Sequence record: MW021758.1 | Strand: one strand, 5' to 3' | DNA length: 64,000 nucleotides | In this document: in pieces, positions 36,765 to 47,033 of the stretch | Layout of the letters: the number at the start of each line of letters is the position of its first letter | Numbering within the stretch: position 1 is the first letter of the stretch | Program-made: the position numbers and the translations under genes | Notes under the pieces: model-generated | What the model was told of the DNA's origin: nothing | Seen by the model: only the letters and a program-made list of their open reading frames with translations | Databases searched by the model: none

Positions 36765-38299
36765 CTGAATAACAGCTCTCCGTTCTCTTCTACGATCGTA
36801 CCATAACGGAATGCGGTCGGTGCTACTGGCCAGGTAATTGCGTAGACTTTCGTCTCCGAAGTACCAATTGCGTTTAAGGTATTACGCAGTGGGATATCTT
36901 GACCCAACTTGAGTTTAACCTTAGTCTTGCCTTCCTTACCTCCCATGAGATAATTCAGCTCGACCGTAAACGCTTTATGCGGAGGGTTGATAGCATCGGT
37001 AGGTTTAGTTACCGGCTTCTTGTTACCTTCCTGCGTTGTAACCAGGCACTTATCCGTAATGTCAGTAACGACCACAGATGAGTTACCTTTCAGATATTTC
37101 TCCAGTACGCCTACCAGACCATCGAACTTGTCGAGCAGCGTATATCCGAGATACGTTGGACGTAACTCTTTAAGGACGGGTACTTTATCCGGAGTCGACA
37201 GCAAATCGCGAGACTTATCATCCCACAGCACAGCTTGCCCGTGAGTTAACAAGTTAGCGTAACGTTCAGGTTGAAGGATATTTTCCAAGTACCCCAATGT
37301 CATCACGTTGCTGCCATCGTAGAACTGATTCTTCAGAAACTCCCCTAATAACTCCAGTACCGGCTCTGGCTCTTTCATTAGCAGAATCGATACCTTAGCA
37401 GTAGCGGTCGATTTACCGATCAGGTCTTCCTCATCCTCAGCTTTCCCGTGATTGCCGAAGAAGTAAAAATGACGTTCGTCGAAGTCATATTTGTTGGAAG
37501 CACGATCGTTGGTCGCATACCACCAACGTTGCTCTAAGAGACGATTACTTATTTTCGTTTTCTGAATATACCCTTTTGCATCACTTACCAGGAACTTCGC
37601 AGTGCCCGGAACATCACGCTGCAGGATCATCGCACAGTTAGCGTTGTAGTCGGCTTTCTCGTTACCCGCATCGCCACTGTGGCCGTATACGTGAGTGAAG
37701 AACAACTCGGTATGATTGGCAGCTACTACACGATCGTACAATTCGTAGATCTGCTTCCAATATTCCCAGTTAGGAGTAATAATCCCTTTAGAGTTCTTAC
37801 CACCATTACGTTCCCAACCCTGGCGCCAGACCAACAGACCTTTCAGAGCGTACTCTGAGTCAGGTAAGATGAAGGCTTGCTTAGGTTGGAATTTTTCGAT
37901 GAATTGCAGAGCGACCATTAACCCGGTCATTTCTGCGTAGTTATTCGTAGTGGCATGTTGCCCACCGTAGAAATCAAGGTAATGCATTGGTACTACTGGT
38001 GCCGCGTCCGGGTTTACCGGGTACGGAAATAAAGGGGTACCTTTCGAACCTTTGTAAGTGCGATCAGTACCCAAATTACGAGAAGGAGTTGTTGTACGGC
38101 CATCGACATACCCGTAGTTACTCGGGACACCTTTGGCCTTTGTGAATTCGTTCTTCTTCTCTTCTACCAGCGGATAAACGTAACCATGGATAGACCAACC
38201 CGATAACAAAGTATCCTGGTTAGAGCCACCATCGGTGTATAACACCGCGTTAAATTCACCCGGTGCCCAAAGGCCCTCTTGGATGTCGTCGATAGTCAT
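36719..38299 (-). CDS. rnhA: RNase HI with C-terminal extension (phiKZ gp155-like) (526 aa)
   Basis: LYTDGGS, TNNYAEMTG, PDSEY, THVYGHSGDAGNEKAD acidic catalytic motifs. Confidence 0.9.
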   Translation of the reverse strand: MTIDDIQEGLWAPGEFNAVLYTDGGSNQDTLLSGWSIHGYVYPLVEEKKNEFTKAKGVPSNYGYVDGRTTTPSRNLGTDRTYKGSKGTPLFPYPVNPDAAPVVPMHYLDFYGGQHATTNNYAEMTGLMVALQFIEKFQPKQAFILPDSEYALKGLLVWRQGWERNGGKNSKGIITPNWEYWKQIYELYDRVVAANHTELFFTHVYGHSGDAGNEKADYNANCAMILQRDVPGTAKFLVSDAKGYIQKTKISNRLLEQRWWYATNDRASNKYDFDERHFYFFGNHGKAEDEEDLIGKSTATAKVSILLMKEPEPVLELLGEFLKNQFYDGSNVMTLGYLENILQPERYANLLTHGQAVLWDDKSRDLLSTPDKVPVLKELRPTYLGYTLLDKFDGLVGVLEKYLKGNSSVVVTDITDKCLVTTQEGNKKPVTKPTDAINPPHKAFTVELNYLMGGKEGKTKVKLKLGQDIPLRNTLNAIGTSETKVYAITWPVAPTAFRYGTIVEENGELLFSCSLSSNLYELTGKL

Positions 38300-38355
38300 T
38301 CGATAGCTCCTGATATTATTTACAAACTAACCGGAACCATCGTATTTTTTAACTA

Positions 38356-38787
38356 CTACTTTCCGTTCGGGTTTACTTTGTTACTCTGGTCAATCATGTG
38401 ATGGGTATTTTCGTTACAATCGGTTGGATGTTTGTCGCAGAGCTTCTTGACTTCGGCCCGAAGGTTGTCGTTCAAGAAATCCTTCTCAACACTTTCCCGA
38501 ATAAGTAATCGCACATCTTTTTCGTACGTTTCGCGAGAAACAACACCAATCGAAGATGGTAAGGTTTCGACTTTCCTTTCATCTACGCAAACCATGTTGC
38601 GATCAACGAACTTGTTATACCCAAGGTATACGCCAGCTACGATGATGAAAATGGTCAGTACGGAGATGATCGTACGGTACTTCGTCCTTTGCTTCTTGGT
38701 TGGGGGTCTCCCTTCCACGTCCGCTCTATACTGCTCCCTAATGAAGTAGTACAGGTACGGGATGATTCTCAAAATCAAAAGGTTCAC
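38356..38787 (-). CDS. Single-pass membrane protein (143 aa, GTG start)
   Basis: Basic patch KKQRTKYR, then hydrophobic TIISVLTIFIIVAGVYLGY; Cys-containing C-terminal domain. Confidence 0.6.
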   Translation of the reverse strand: MNLLILRIIPYLYYFIREQYRADVEGRPPTKKQRTKYRTIISVLTIFIIVAGVYLGYNKFVDRNMVCVDERKVETLPSSIGVVSRETYEKDVRLLIRESVEKDFLNDNLRAEVKKLCDKHPTDCNENTHHMIDQSNKVNPNGK

Positions 38788-38844
38788 GGCGGAAGCCTCC
38801 TGCGTTGCAAATTATCATAATTTTATTTTTGGAGAAAACTGGAT

Positions 38845-40146
38845 ATGTTGACACTGTACGGCTTCGTCAATATTGCTAACTTCATCGACAACGTCCCAGG
38901 ACAAACGTCCACCGTCGGTGAGATTACAGCTCACTCCGCTACGTATAGTAGCGAGAAAGGTCTGTACCGAATTCAGGATTATCCTGACGTCAGTCTGATG
39001 ACCTTCGATGTACGCCGGGACGGTCAGAAAGTAGACCTTAACTTGGCGTATTACAGCATCACCCTACAAATATCCCAATGGCTTTATACCCGTAGTATTC
39101 AGGGCCTCATTGGTAAAGATACAACCGGTCTGCTTCAGGCGTTGAATACTCAATTCGCCACCATTGCGGAATTCCGTAGTGTAGGTGAAATTGTTACTCA
39201 CCGCAACTATAATTTCCCAAGCAGTATCCAATATCGCATCTCCACCGCAGGTGAAGAGAATGAGGTCTATATTTGGTACGCTGACGCCAACTTCCGTACG
39301 GAATATCCGAACTTCGAAATTGACGTCGTCCCACCAGTCGATGATATCGACCTTTTAATGGGTAGCGGGAATGACGTACTCGATATTCTGAAGGCGATTA
39401 CGGTTAAAAGTCACTCGGATCGTATCCAGGCTAAAATAGGGGATCAACCCCAAACAGAAATTTGGACGGGTAACTTTACCTGGGTAGATCGCACCAACGA
39501 TGAAGTGCGTTACCTGGCCCCGTTTACTGCAATCATTCGTGGCTTTGCCGGGTCTAACTTAGACCACATTAAAGATGCGCTGCGTGAGTACATTTTAAGT
39601 AACTCGAAATACGGGCGTGACGAGTGGGAAAAGGTTCTACCTGACCTGTTCACTCCAACTGAGTTTTACTTGGTACCTATCTGGGATCGGTATTCCTTAC
39701 CTAACCAGATCGAATCAACTGGGTTGTATTCCCCGACTGTACCAGTCAAGGACATTCCGGTTTATTCGGCTAAGTACTTCGTTGGCTACGATCCTGCACA
39801 CGTGGCGGAGAACTCGTGTATCTCTGGTTCAACTTACCAGAACATCGCGTTCCTCTCTTGCGGCCATATTCGCAACTACGCAGTGGGTAGTAACTTCGAC
39901 GCACTCTGGCCTCAGTACGCCGCTATCTCTACCGATAGCCCTGAGTTCAGTAAGATCCCTCCTGCTACTCGCGAATTCATCATTGCCATGGTCGCGTTGT
40001 TTAAAGCAGCAGAGAAAGCGACAGCAACCAGTGTCATTCCAACTGGGATGACCCGTACTGTTCGTGGTGGCATCTACTATCTCACAACAACAGTGGGCGC
40101 AGTGCAGTATTTGGCACCAATTAAAAACGGGTTCTCTAAGGACTAA
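38845..40146 (+). CDS. Virion structural protein (433 aa)
   Basis: GGAG RBS; long ORF; phiKZ-like context next to RNase H; function inferred. Confidence 0.6.
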   Translation: MLTLYGFVNIANFIDNVPGQTSTVGEITAHSATYSSEKGLYRIQDYPDVSLMTFDVRRDGQKVDLNLAYYSITLQISQWLYTRSIQGLIGKDTTGLLQALNTQFATIAEFRSVGEIVTHRNYNFPSSIQYRISTAGEENEVYIWYADANFRTEYPNFEIDVVPPVDDIDLLMGSGNDVLDILKAITVKSHSDRIQAKIGDQPQTEIWTGNFTWVDRTNDEVRYLAPFTAIIRGFAGSNLDHIKDALREYILSNSKYGRDEWEKVLPDLFTPTEFYLVPIWDRYSLPNQIESTGLYSPTVPVKDIPVYSAKYFVGYDPAHVAENSCISGSTYQNIAFLSCGHIRNYAVGSNFDALWPQYAAISTDSPEFSKIPPATREFIIAMVALFKAAEKATATSVIPTGMTRTVRGGIYYLTTTVGAVQYLAPIKNGFSKD

Positions 40147-40149
40147 TAA

Positions 40150-40758
40150 ATGGTAGTGAAAAATACGCCTTCGATACCGATGCGTGGTATCTGGAGTCTG
40201 AAGTCCCCTTGGGCTGCTGACCCTACTCTTCTCTACACTTGTATCGCTCTTCGCAAGTTCCGAGAAATGATCTCTCTCGATGGTGTGGATATCTTCAAAG
40301 TCCATTATCAACCTAAGGGATTGAGTCAGGAGAAGTACCAAGAAGACTTAGCTGCCGATGCTACAATGTGCGTACTCTCGAGTGACGCCGGTGCAGTTAT
40401 TCAGGTTCCTGATACCTACATTGAGAAGTATCCTGGGATTGCAATGTCCAACTATGGGATTGCGATTATCTCGGCTCAGTTGGGTCCGATTCCTCTGAAC
40501 GTCTCGTTTGATTTCTTACTGGAACAAGTAGGTAATGTTATCAGCGATACGTTTGGTGTAACGCCTACGATGAACCTGGATCAAATCCCTGCGACTACTG
40601 CTATTACTCCAGAAGATGCCGATGCTCTGGAAGCGGCTCGTCAAGCTGCTATCAAAAACAGAACATCGACTTACGCTCAGTTACTCCAAGAGCAACAAGC
40701 CAATGCATCCCTGAGACAAACTGTAGCAGAGTTACAAAAGCTGTTGACTAAGAAGTGA
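40150..40758 (+). CDS. Virion structural protein with C-terminal coiled coil (202 aa)
   Basis: Co-transcribed with the previous gene; AARQAAIK...LRQTVAELQKLL heptads. Confidence 0.6.
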   Translation: MVVKNTPSIPMRGIWSLKSPWAADPTLLYTCIALRKFREMISLDGVDIFKVHYQPKGLSQEKYQEDLAADATMCVLSSDAGAVIQVPDTYIEKYPGIAMSNYGIAIISAQLGPIPLNVSFDFLLEQVGNVISDTFGVTPTMNLDQIPATTAITPEDADALEAARQAAIKNRTSTYAQLLQEQQANASLRQTVAELQKLLTKK

Positions 40759-40765
40759 TCATAAA

Positions 40766-40789
40766 CCGGAGGACCGTAAGGTCCTCCGG
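40766..40789. terminator. Perfect-stem hairpin between convergent genes
   Basis: ccggaggacc-gtaa-ggtcctccgg. Confidence 0.7.
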
Positions 40790-40798
40790 CTATGTTTG

Positions 40799-41470
40799 TT
40801 ATTCTGGTTTGGCTGGATCAAGCTCAGGTGCGTTGGCGGCATCTTGGTCGATGGTCACGGCGCTGCGGACTCTGTTCAATACAGCTTCGTTCTCAGCTTC
40901 CAGTTCGATACGACGTTCCGCCAGCTTATCGGCGTACATGGCAACAATCTCATCAACTACCGATTTGATCTCAGAGAAAGTATCCGGGAATTGGATGCTC
41001 GGCTGACATTCGTCGTTGAAGGTAACGATGATTTCGTAGTTAAGTGCCAGAGCGGCCATGATAGCAAAGAAGCTGTTGATCTGATAGGAGATGTTACTCC
41101 CTACCATGTAGATCGAGGCAATCTGACCCCAGTCGAATACGTCGTTCGGATCAGACTTGAAGTTAGTTACTGGGATAGAACGCCAGCCTTCGCCTAACTT
41201 AGCGTCCAGTTGTTTGTAAAGATCAGCAGGGTCTTTAGGTAAGTTTTCGTACTTACCTTCTTCCATCATCTGGGTGCTGATCAACGCCAGGATTTTATGG
41301 GTAGTTGGGCTAACTAATGGCTGGAGAGTAGCCATCTCCAGGATGTTGTATTCTTCGTCGATGACGAGTTGGAAACCGTAGAGAGAATCGAGAGCTTCAC
41401 AGAAGCGAGTCTTCATCTCGGACAGGAGTTCTTCTTTGGTGATAACGGTCATGTTGCTATCCTCTAACAA
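40799..41470 (-). CDS. Acidic hypothetical protein (223 aa)
   Basis: Clean ORF; the true start may be the second Met after GAGGA. Confidence 0.7.
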   Translation of the reverse strand: MLEDSNMTVITKEELLSEMKTRFCEALDSLYGFQLVIDEEYNILEMATLQPLVSPTTHKILALISTQMMEEGKYENLPKDPADLYKQLDAKLGEGWRSIPVTNFKSDPNDVFDWGQIASIYMVGSNISYQINSFFAIMAALALNYEIIVTFNDECQPSIQFPDTFSEIKSVVDEIVAMYADKLAERRIELEAENEAVLNRVRSAVTIDQDAANAPELDPAKPE

Positions 41471-41522
41471 AAAAAGAAAAGATAAAAGAAGTAGGTACTA
41501 GGATACCCCGAAGGGTATCCTA
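41468..41522 (-). terminator. Intrinsic terminator with UUCG loop
   Basis: taggataccc-cgaa-gggtatccta (41499-41522) with A-rich tract 41468-41490. Confidence 0.7.
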
Positions 41523-41551
41523 GCGTAGCGCATCGCGCCGATTTGTTTGGT

Positions 41552-41794
41552 TTATTCTGCTACGTCAGCTTCCGGAGCTTTACGGAAGTCAGCGTCAGAC
41601 AGGAACGCTTCTTCCACCCAGGTGCCTTCGTCAGATTTACTGGCAGCCAGAACAGTTTTGCCGGCGGCTTCTGCGGTGGTGGTCCAGGCGAAAGTTTCGA
41701 TCGCAGCTTCTACGACGCCGTGTGCGTCTTTGCCAGTTGCAGTTGCCAGAGTTTCAACTTTGGATGCCAGTACTTCGTTCAGTTCGATTTGCAT
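41552..41794 (-). CDS. Small acidic Ala/Glu-rich protein (80 aa)
   Basis: AGGA RBS; strong codon bias. Confidence 0.7.
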   Translation of the reverse strand: MQIELNEVLASKVETLATATGKDAHGVVEAAIETFAWTTTAEAAGKTVLAASKSDEGTWVEEAFLSDADFRKAPEADVAE

Positions 41795-41869
41795 GTTGAT
41801 ATTTCCTATTTGAGATTGAGTGATTTACAGTTTGTACATACTACGGATAATGACGTTATTTACTACAAG

Positions 41870-42565
41870 TTACTTGTTGTTAACCCGACGGCGGATTAAT
41901 TTGGAAAGCAGATCGTTTTTACCCTGGGGTTTTGGATTACCTGGGATAAACGGTGCTTCGTCGTGGATAGGGAAGATGCGAGATTTATCTTTCCCTGTGG
42001 CTGCGCCGATGACTCGGAGGTCTTTGGTCAGAGTACTAAACCCTTTATTCTGGCCGCTGTGCATTGCGCCGGAATTGGAGTACAGGCCGGCCGCTTCCCT
42101 GTGGTACAGACCTGCGGCTTCTTTCAACTGCTCTTCGATTTCCACAGTAGACCACCGAGGAGTAGATCCGAAAGCAACGTCGCCATTTGAAAGGAACATC
42201 AGACCATAACTTTTAACTTCGATCAGACCATCAGTTATCCCCTTCGAGATAACTTCATCGTACTGAACTTTCGCCTTAGCAATCAGTTCATTGACGCGCT
42301 GGCGGTTCATCCAGTGGTCGCCGGAGTAATGGTTAATCTCGGCCTTAAGGTTATCAATCTCAAGACGGAGATCTTCCTCTGCCTTGGTAGTCTGCACCTC
42401 ACGTTCGACTAACTTGGTTTCCCCATTTTCATCGAGCACGAATTGACGCTTTACTACCGTGTAAACATCGGCAGGGTTACGATTTTCCAGTAGCTCACGC
42501 AACTGATTTTTCAGATCACGGCGGCGCTGCATCTTTTCTACTAAAGTTAACTCTTTAGTTTCCAT
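41870..42565 (-). CDS. Hypothetical protein (231 aa)
   Basis: Long ORF downstream of the early promoter; coiled-coil N-terminus. Confidence 0.7.
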   Translation of the reverse strand: METKELTLVEKMQRRRDLKNQLRELLENRNPADVYTVVKRQFVLDENGETKLVEREVQTTKAEEDLRLEIDNLKAEINHYSGDHWMNRQRVNELIAKAKVQYDEVISKGITDGLIEVKSYGLMFLSNGDVAFGSTPRWSTVEIEEQLKEAAGLYHREAAGLYSNSGAMHSGQNKGFSTLTKDLRVIGAATGKDKSRIFPIHDEAPFIPGNPKPQGKNDLLSKLIRRRVNNK

Positions 42566-42571
42566 CTGGAA

Positions 42572-43213
42572 TTACTCCGCAGAGATGTAAGCGAAAGTAC
42601 CCACCGCACGACCTGGCAGGAAGTGAGTTTCTTTTGCCGACTCTTTCAGCAGGACGGTGATGAAAGTCATCATCCGGTACAGTTCCATAACCGTGCAGCT
42701 TTCCTGAACCATGAAGTTCAGGTTAACCATTTCACCCGGCAGGTCAACTTCGGCCAGTTTGGCGCGAACATCGTTCAGCAGTTTCTCGGAGACTTCCGGC
42801 GGAATGCCTTCGATGAAGTGGAACAGGTTTTGGGAGAACGGTTGTGCATCACGGATCTCCATGGAGAAACCGAAGATTGGAACCATGCGCAGACCGGATT
42901 CGGCCAGGAAGCGATCGTACACTTCCGACAGATTGGACATAGGGACGGCTGGGACTTTGCTGGCGACGTTATCGCCATAAGTCTTAGCGATGACATCGAT
43001 CATGTCCTGGAACGACTCCAGGTTACGCCAGCCATCCATTTGATGGGTAGTGAAGTCAGAGAGGTTTTCGCTGATATCGATTTCGCTGTTCAGCGGCGCC
43101 GGGCGGACGAAGAAGGTTTGATGTTGAACGCTGGTTGCACCACCACGATCGACTTTGCCGTAAGTTCTTAACAGAGGTTCGAGCTGCTTAATAGAACGCA
43201 TAATTTTCTCCAA
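42572..43213 (-). CDS. Hypothetical early protein (213 aa)
   Basis: GGAG RBS; strong C-ending codon bias; first gene after the promoter at 43246-43273. Confidence 0.75.
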   Translation of the reverse strand: MEKIMRSIKQLEPLLRTYGKVDRGGATSVQHQTFFVRPAPLNSEIDISENLSDFTTHQMDGWRNLESFQDMIDVIAKTYGDNVASKVPAVPMSNLSEVYDRFLAESGLRMVPIFGFSMEIRDAQPFSQNLFHFIEGIPPEVSEKLLNDVRAKLAEVDLPGEMVNLNFMVQESCTVMELYRMMTFITVLLKESAKETHFLPGRAVGTFAYISAE

Positions 43214-43245
43214 TAATTAAATGTTTATACTCTTTAAGTTATCCA

Positions 43246-43273
43246 CTTGCATAGTAGTGATATATGTTTGAAA
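43246..43273 (-). promoter_or_regulatory. Putative early promoter, copy 2
   Basis: Minus strand TTTCAAACATATATCACTACTATGCAAG; 25/28 identical to 5281-5308; immediately downstream of a terminator. Confidence 0.7.
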
Positions 43274-43287
43274 ATAAATGGGAATAG

Positions 43288-43309
43288 GCAGAGAGGAAAA
43301 CCTCTCTGC
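43288..43309 (-). terminator. Stem-loop terminator
   Basis: gcagagagg-aaaa-cctctctgc. Confidence 0.65.
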
Positions 43310-43315
43310 GCTATG

Positions 43316-43477
43316 TTAGTCATTAACAATGTTGTTGATGAATACGCCCAACCAACAGATCAATAACGATACAATCAACACTGGGTTATTAAAATCAGTA
43401 CTGACTGCATGTCCGGTAACGTACGCCAAAGCAAAGAAGAACACGAGGCGTAGCAGGCGATGTTTAATCTTACCCAT
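43316..43477 (-). CDS. Small two-TM membrane protein (53 aa), below the ORF-track cutoff
   Basis: Translated by hand: MGKIKHRLLRLVFFFALAYVTGHAVSTDFNNPVLIVSLLICWLGVFINNIVND; GGAG upstream; fills the gap between SbcC and the terminator. Confidence 0.6.
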   Translation of the reverse strand: MGKIKHRLLRLVFFFALAYVTGHAVSTDFNNPVLIVSLLICWLGVFINNIVND

Positions 43478-43490
43478 CTAGTCATACTCC

Positions 43491-45971
43491 CTAGTGGAAG
43501 CTAATGACCTTATTGGATTCTTCCCGAGGTTCACGGTAGTTGAAGTCGATGATATCAGGGAATGGAAGTGCTCCATGCGAACCCTCGTGGTGAGAGATCA
43601 GGAAGACTTGACTGAAGCGTTCGTTTTCAACTGAACCACTGATGAAGTTAATCAGTTTGGCTTTATGCGCAGGTTGCAGAGGACGGTCAACTTCGTCAAG
43701 TAGCAAAGGTACATTAACTTGATTAAGGTACATCATGGCGGTGACTTTGAAAGCAAAATCAATAATGCCAATCTGACCATCTGACGTCTCTTTCACATCC
43801 GGAACGATAGAGTCAGACTCAGGAAGGTAGACAGGGAACACGTAGCTCAATTCTGAGTCCGTCGGCTTACCCATCATTATTTCCATCGGGTAAGTCCAGA
43901 TCTCTGCGATGACTTCATTCATCTGACCAACAAAGGTTTCAATGAACTCTGACATCTGCTCAGCAATAATCCCTGACTTCGGAGAAAGATCCTCAACGAT
44001 CTTAGAATATCCAACAATGAGTCGTTGCTGTTCAGCTAACTGTTTCTCGTTGTCGGCAATCTGGTCACGCAGAGTCTTCACATCATTGAGCTGTTTACTG
44101 ATCGTACCGATGTGCCCTTGTAGATCAGCAATGAGAATCTTACGGACTTGGTTGAATACGTTATTGATTGTCCGGTGCCCTTCAGTGCACAGGTGTTCAT
44201 AACGCTCTTCCAGTTCGCCAGCTTTCTCATTAAAGCGAGCAATTTGACGCGCCTGTTGTTCCATTCCATTAAGAACGACAATGAGTTTATCTTGTTCTAC
44301 CGCATTATCGGAGAGACGTACGCGAAGATGTTCCATACGTTTCTTCAATTGATCAACACCGGTAACATTGTTATCTCTCAGACGCTGGAGGATAGTTTCT
44401 GTTTCCTGAATGACCTTGCGGGAGTTCTCGATTTCTACAAAGCGTTCCAAATCTTCAATCAGGTTGTGAGCCATGCCCACAGCCATTACGGGCTGCTCGG
44501 AAATGTTAATCTCGTGATGGATCTGATTAAACAGCTCTGATGCTGCACTACAACCTTTCTCCAAGGAGATAACTTCACGGTAAAGGTTACTCCACTCAAC
44601 GATCTCCTGCTCGGTTGCAGTGAGCTCTGAGAGGTATTTGTCACCCTTAGCGATCTGTTCGTTCAACTGACTAATCTTAGCCACTAAACGAGGCTTATCT
44701 TCCGGCTTAGTACCAGGAGTCCATTGGTAACTACACTGCGGGCAATGGATCTGTTCGCCTTTAGTGAAGTGTTCCAACTGCTCTTCTGCACGTTGCCGCT
44801 GGAAGACTAATGCGTTATACGACTCTTTACCGTTACGGATACGACGTTGGATTTCTTCCAGATTGTTTCTGGTGTACTTACCTTCCGTGTTGGGCGTTAA
44901 GGAACTGAGCGCATCAGACCAACGAGTAAAGACTCGTTTGAGTTCTTCCTTCGCTGCTCCAAAGTTCATCTCAGGACTATAGATGTCAGGACGGAACATG
45001 TAGTTGTCGGCTGAGTGTTCTAAACGAGCGATACGTTTGAGATGGTAGTCCCTTTCGTCTTGGAGTTTCTCAACGTTCTCCGCCGAGCTATCCCCTAAAC
45101 GTTTAACAGTATCGTCAAGGTTGTCATATTCTTCCTGTAACGCTGCTCCTTGCGTTCTTAGCTGATTAAGCGATAACCGTAGCGTTTCCATCTTCTGATT
45201 GAACACAGCTTCATCTGCTGCGTCTATGGGACTATCTGGAAGGTATTTCCCCCAGTTCTTTAAATCGCCCTCAGTAAACCGCATCCATTGACCCATAATC
45301 TGGTCAATTGTCATCGACGTCCCATTCTGCTCGCTGTAGTCCGTCAGTAACTCAGTAACCTTCCCTTGGTACTCAGCTAAACGAACCTGAAGCATTTCGT
45401 ACTCTTCATCGGAGAGATTCATGGTCTGCTTATTTACCAGTGAATCTTCCAACATTCGTTTTGCCCCGGTGGCATCACGGAGTTTGGTACGTGCCTTATT
45501 AAACAGGCTATACGCTAGAGTCAAGTCTTGGTTAATAAGTTGACTAAAGACTTCTTGGCGCTTCGCTGGAGACATGGTAGATAAGACGAGCTTATCTGTA
45601 GCTATCTGATGAGACAGCTCAGTGATGTTCAAATGCTTGGCGAGTAAGTCCTTTTGAACAACCAGCGTACCGCCTTCATTAAGGTTTACGCCTTCTTTCC
45701 AGAACTCATGCTTACTCCCTGAACGGAAGTCTGACACGCATTCGTAGTTGACTCCGTCAAGTTGTAATTTTCTACGCGATTCCCCGTTTTTGTAGAAAGA
45801 AGCGGAAGGGGAAGGGTATGATGTCAATTCGTCCAGGAGTGCTGACTTACCTGCTCCATTCGGCCCGACGATCACCTGATAGGATGATTCGGGAGTATAG
45901 ACGATTTGATCGATCAAGCCAGACTTAAAGCGTTTGTTATGACTAATCGATACTTCTAACAATTTAAGCAC
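43491..45971 (-). CDS. sbcC: SbcC/Rad50-like SMC ATPase (phiKZ gp165-like) (826 aa)
   Basis: Walker A GPNGAGKS; coiled coils; zinc hook CPQC; signature TSDGQ; Walker B LLLDEVD; ISHH. Confidence 0.92.
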   Translation of the reverse strand: MLKLLEVSISHNKRFKSGLIDQIVYTPESSYQVIVGPNGAGKSALLDELTSYPSPSASFYKNGESRRKLQLDGVNYECVSDFRSGSKHEFWKEGVNLNEGGTLVVQKDLLAKHLNITELSHQIATDKLVLSTMSPAKRQEVFSQLINQDLTLAYSLFNKARTKLRDATGAKRMLEDSLVNKQTMNLSDEEYEMLQVRLAEYQGKVTELLTDYSEQNGTSMTIDQIMGQWMRFTEGDLKNWGKYLPDSPIDAADEAVFNQKMETLRLSLNQLRTQGAALQEEYDNLDDTVKRLGDSSAENVEKLQDERDYHLKRIARLEHSADNYMFRPDIYSPEMNFGAAKEELKRVFTRWSDALSSLTPNTEGKYTRNNLEEIQRRIRNGKESYNALVFQRQRAEEQLEHFTKGEQIHCPQCSYQWTPGTKPEDKPRLVAKISQLNEQIAKGDKYLSELTATEQEIVEWSNLYREVISLEKGCSAASELFNQIHHEINISEQPVMAVGMAHNLIEDLERFVEIENSRKVIQETETILQRLRDNNVTGVDQLKKRMEHLRVRLSDNAVEQDKLIVVLNGMEQQARQIARFNEKAGELEERYEHLCTEGHRTINNVFNQVRKILIADLQGHIGTISKQLNDVKTLRDQIADNEKQLAEQQRLIVGYSKIVEDLSPKSGIIAEQMSEFIETFVGQMNEVIAEIWTYPMEIMMGKPTDSELSYVFPVYLPESDSIVPDVKETSDGQIGIIDFAFKVTAMMYLNQVNVPLLLDEVDRPLQPAHKAKLINFISGSVENERFSQVFLISHHEGSHGALPFPDIIDFNYREPREESNKVISFH

Positions 45972-46032
45972 GAGAGTTCCTCAGTTTAAACTATTGTCTT
46001 CAACCTAATTCAATCGAGCGTAGAAATAAACC

Positions 46033-47022
46033 ATGAGTGATATCGCATCTAAGTTCTTCGGTATCGTTGCTGAGAACAAACCATTGACAACGAATAACAT
46101 CATGGTGTGGCCTGTAGAGATCGCACCCTGGATGCAAGGTGCTATTCGTTCTAATCCACAGACTCTGGAGATAGAAGGTAAAGACAGTAGGGGTAATCCC
46201 GTTCACGTAAAAACATTTACAGATACTGTCATTGAAGCAGAGTGGCGAGGAACCGATAGTAGCTGGACAACTGCACCCGATGTACAACGTGGTGAGGTTG
46301 TTGAATTAATCCGTTATGCTGACCAGAATAAATATTACTGGCGTGAACGTGGTGACCAGATTAATCTTCGTCGTGGTGAAACTAAACGACTGATGGTGTC
46401 GGGTAACCTGAGCGCTAACGGAGAAGCACCTAACCCCGACACTCATTACATGCTGGAAATCAGTGGACACGGTAAGGGCATTACTATCTCAACGTCACAG
46501 GCTAACGGAGAGGTGGCTAAGTATCATGTTAACATTAGTGGCGGTAACGGACTCATCAGTATCGGCGATGACCAGGGACAAGAACTCTACCTGAATACTC
46601 GTGAGAAACGAGTACGGATGGTAAACTCTGATGGTACGTTAGTTGAGATTAAAGAGAAAGATCTCCTAATGAATGCTGAGGAAGATATCGGTATTGTTGC
46701 TGGCGGTAATATCTACATCTCTTGCAACAACTTTAATCTAGAGGCAGCTGATAGCCTTAAGTTTAATGTTGCTAATGACGCTGACTTTACCGCAACCAAG
46801 ATTTCCCTCAACGGACTGATTGCGCTCAATGGACCCATTATCCAAGAGAAGTCAAGTAGCGGAGACTTCACAGCTAAGATGAAAGGGCCACTGGAAGTTG
46901 AGAAGGTAGTGAAAGCCGAAGACTTCGAAACCAGCACTGGCGGAATTACACTCCGGTACCACGGACATAAGGGCGTCCAGACCGGATCCGGCGAATCTGG
47001 TACTTCTGTACCTAAGCGATAA
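46033..47022 (+). CDS. Baseplate central spike (phiKZ gp164-like) (329 aa)
   Basis: OB-fold-like TAPDVQRGEVVELIRYADQNKYYW; beta-helix-like repeats; terminal YHGHKGV HxH tip; divergent from SbcC. Confidence 0.8.
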   Translation: MSDIASKFFGIVAENKPLTTNNIMVWPVEIAPWMQGAIRSNPQTLEIEGKDSRGNPVHVKTFTDTVIEAEWRGTDSSWTTAPDVQRGEVVELIRYADQNKYYWRERGDQINLRRGETKRLMVSGNLSANGEAPNPDTHYMLEISGHGKGITISTSQANGEVAKYHVNISGGNGLISIGDDQGQELYLNTREKRVRMVNSDGTLVEIKEKDLLMNAEEDIGIVAGGNIYISCNNFNLEAADSLKFNVANDADFTATKISLNGLIALNGPIIQEKSSSGDFTAKMKGPLEVEKVVKAEDFETSTGGITLRYHGHKGVQTGSGESGTSVPKR

Positions 47023-47033
47023 TGCAAACATAG

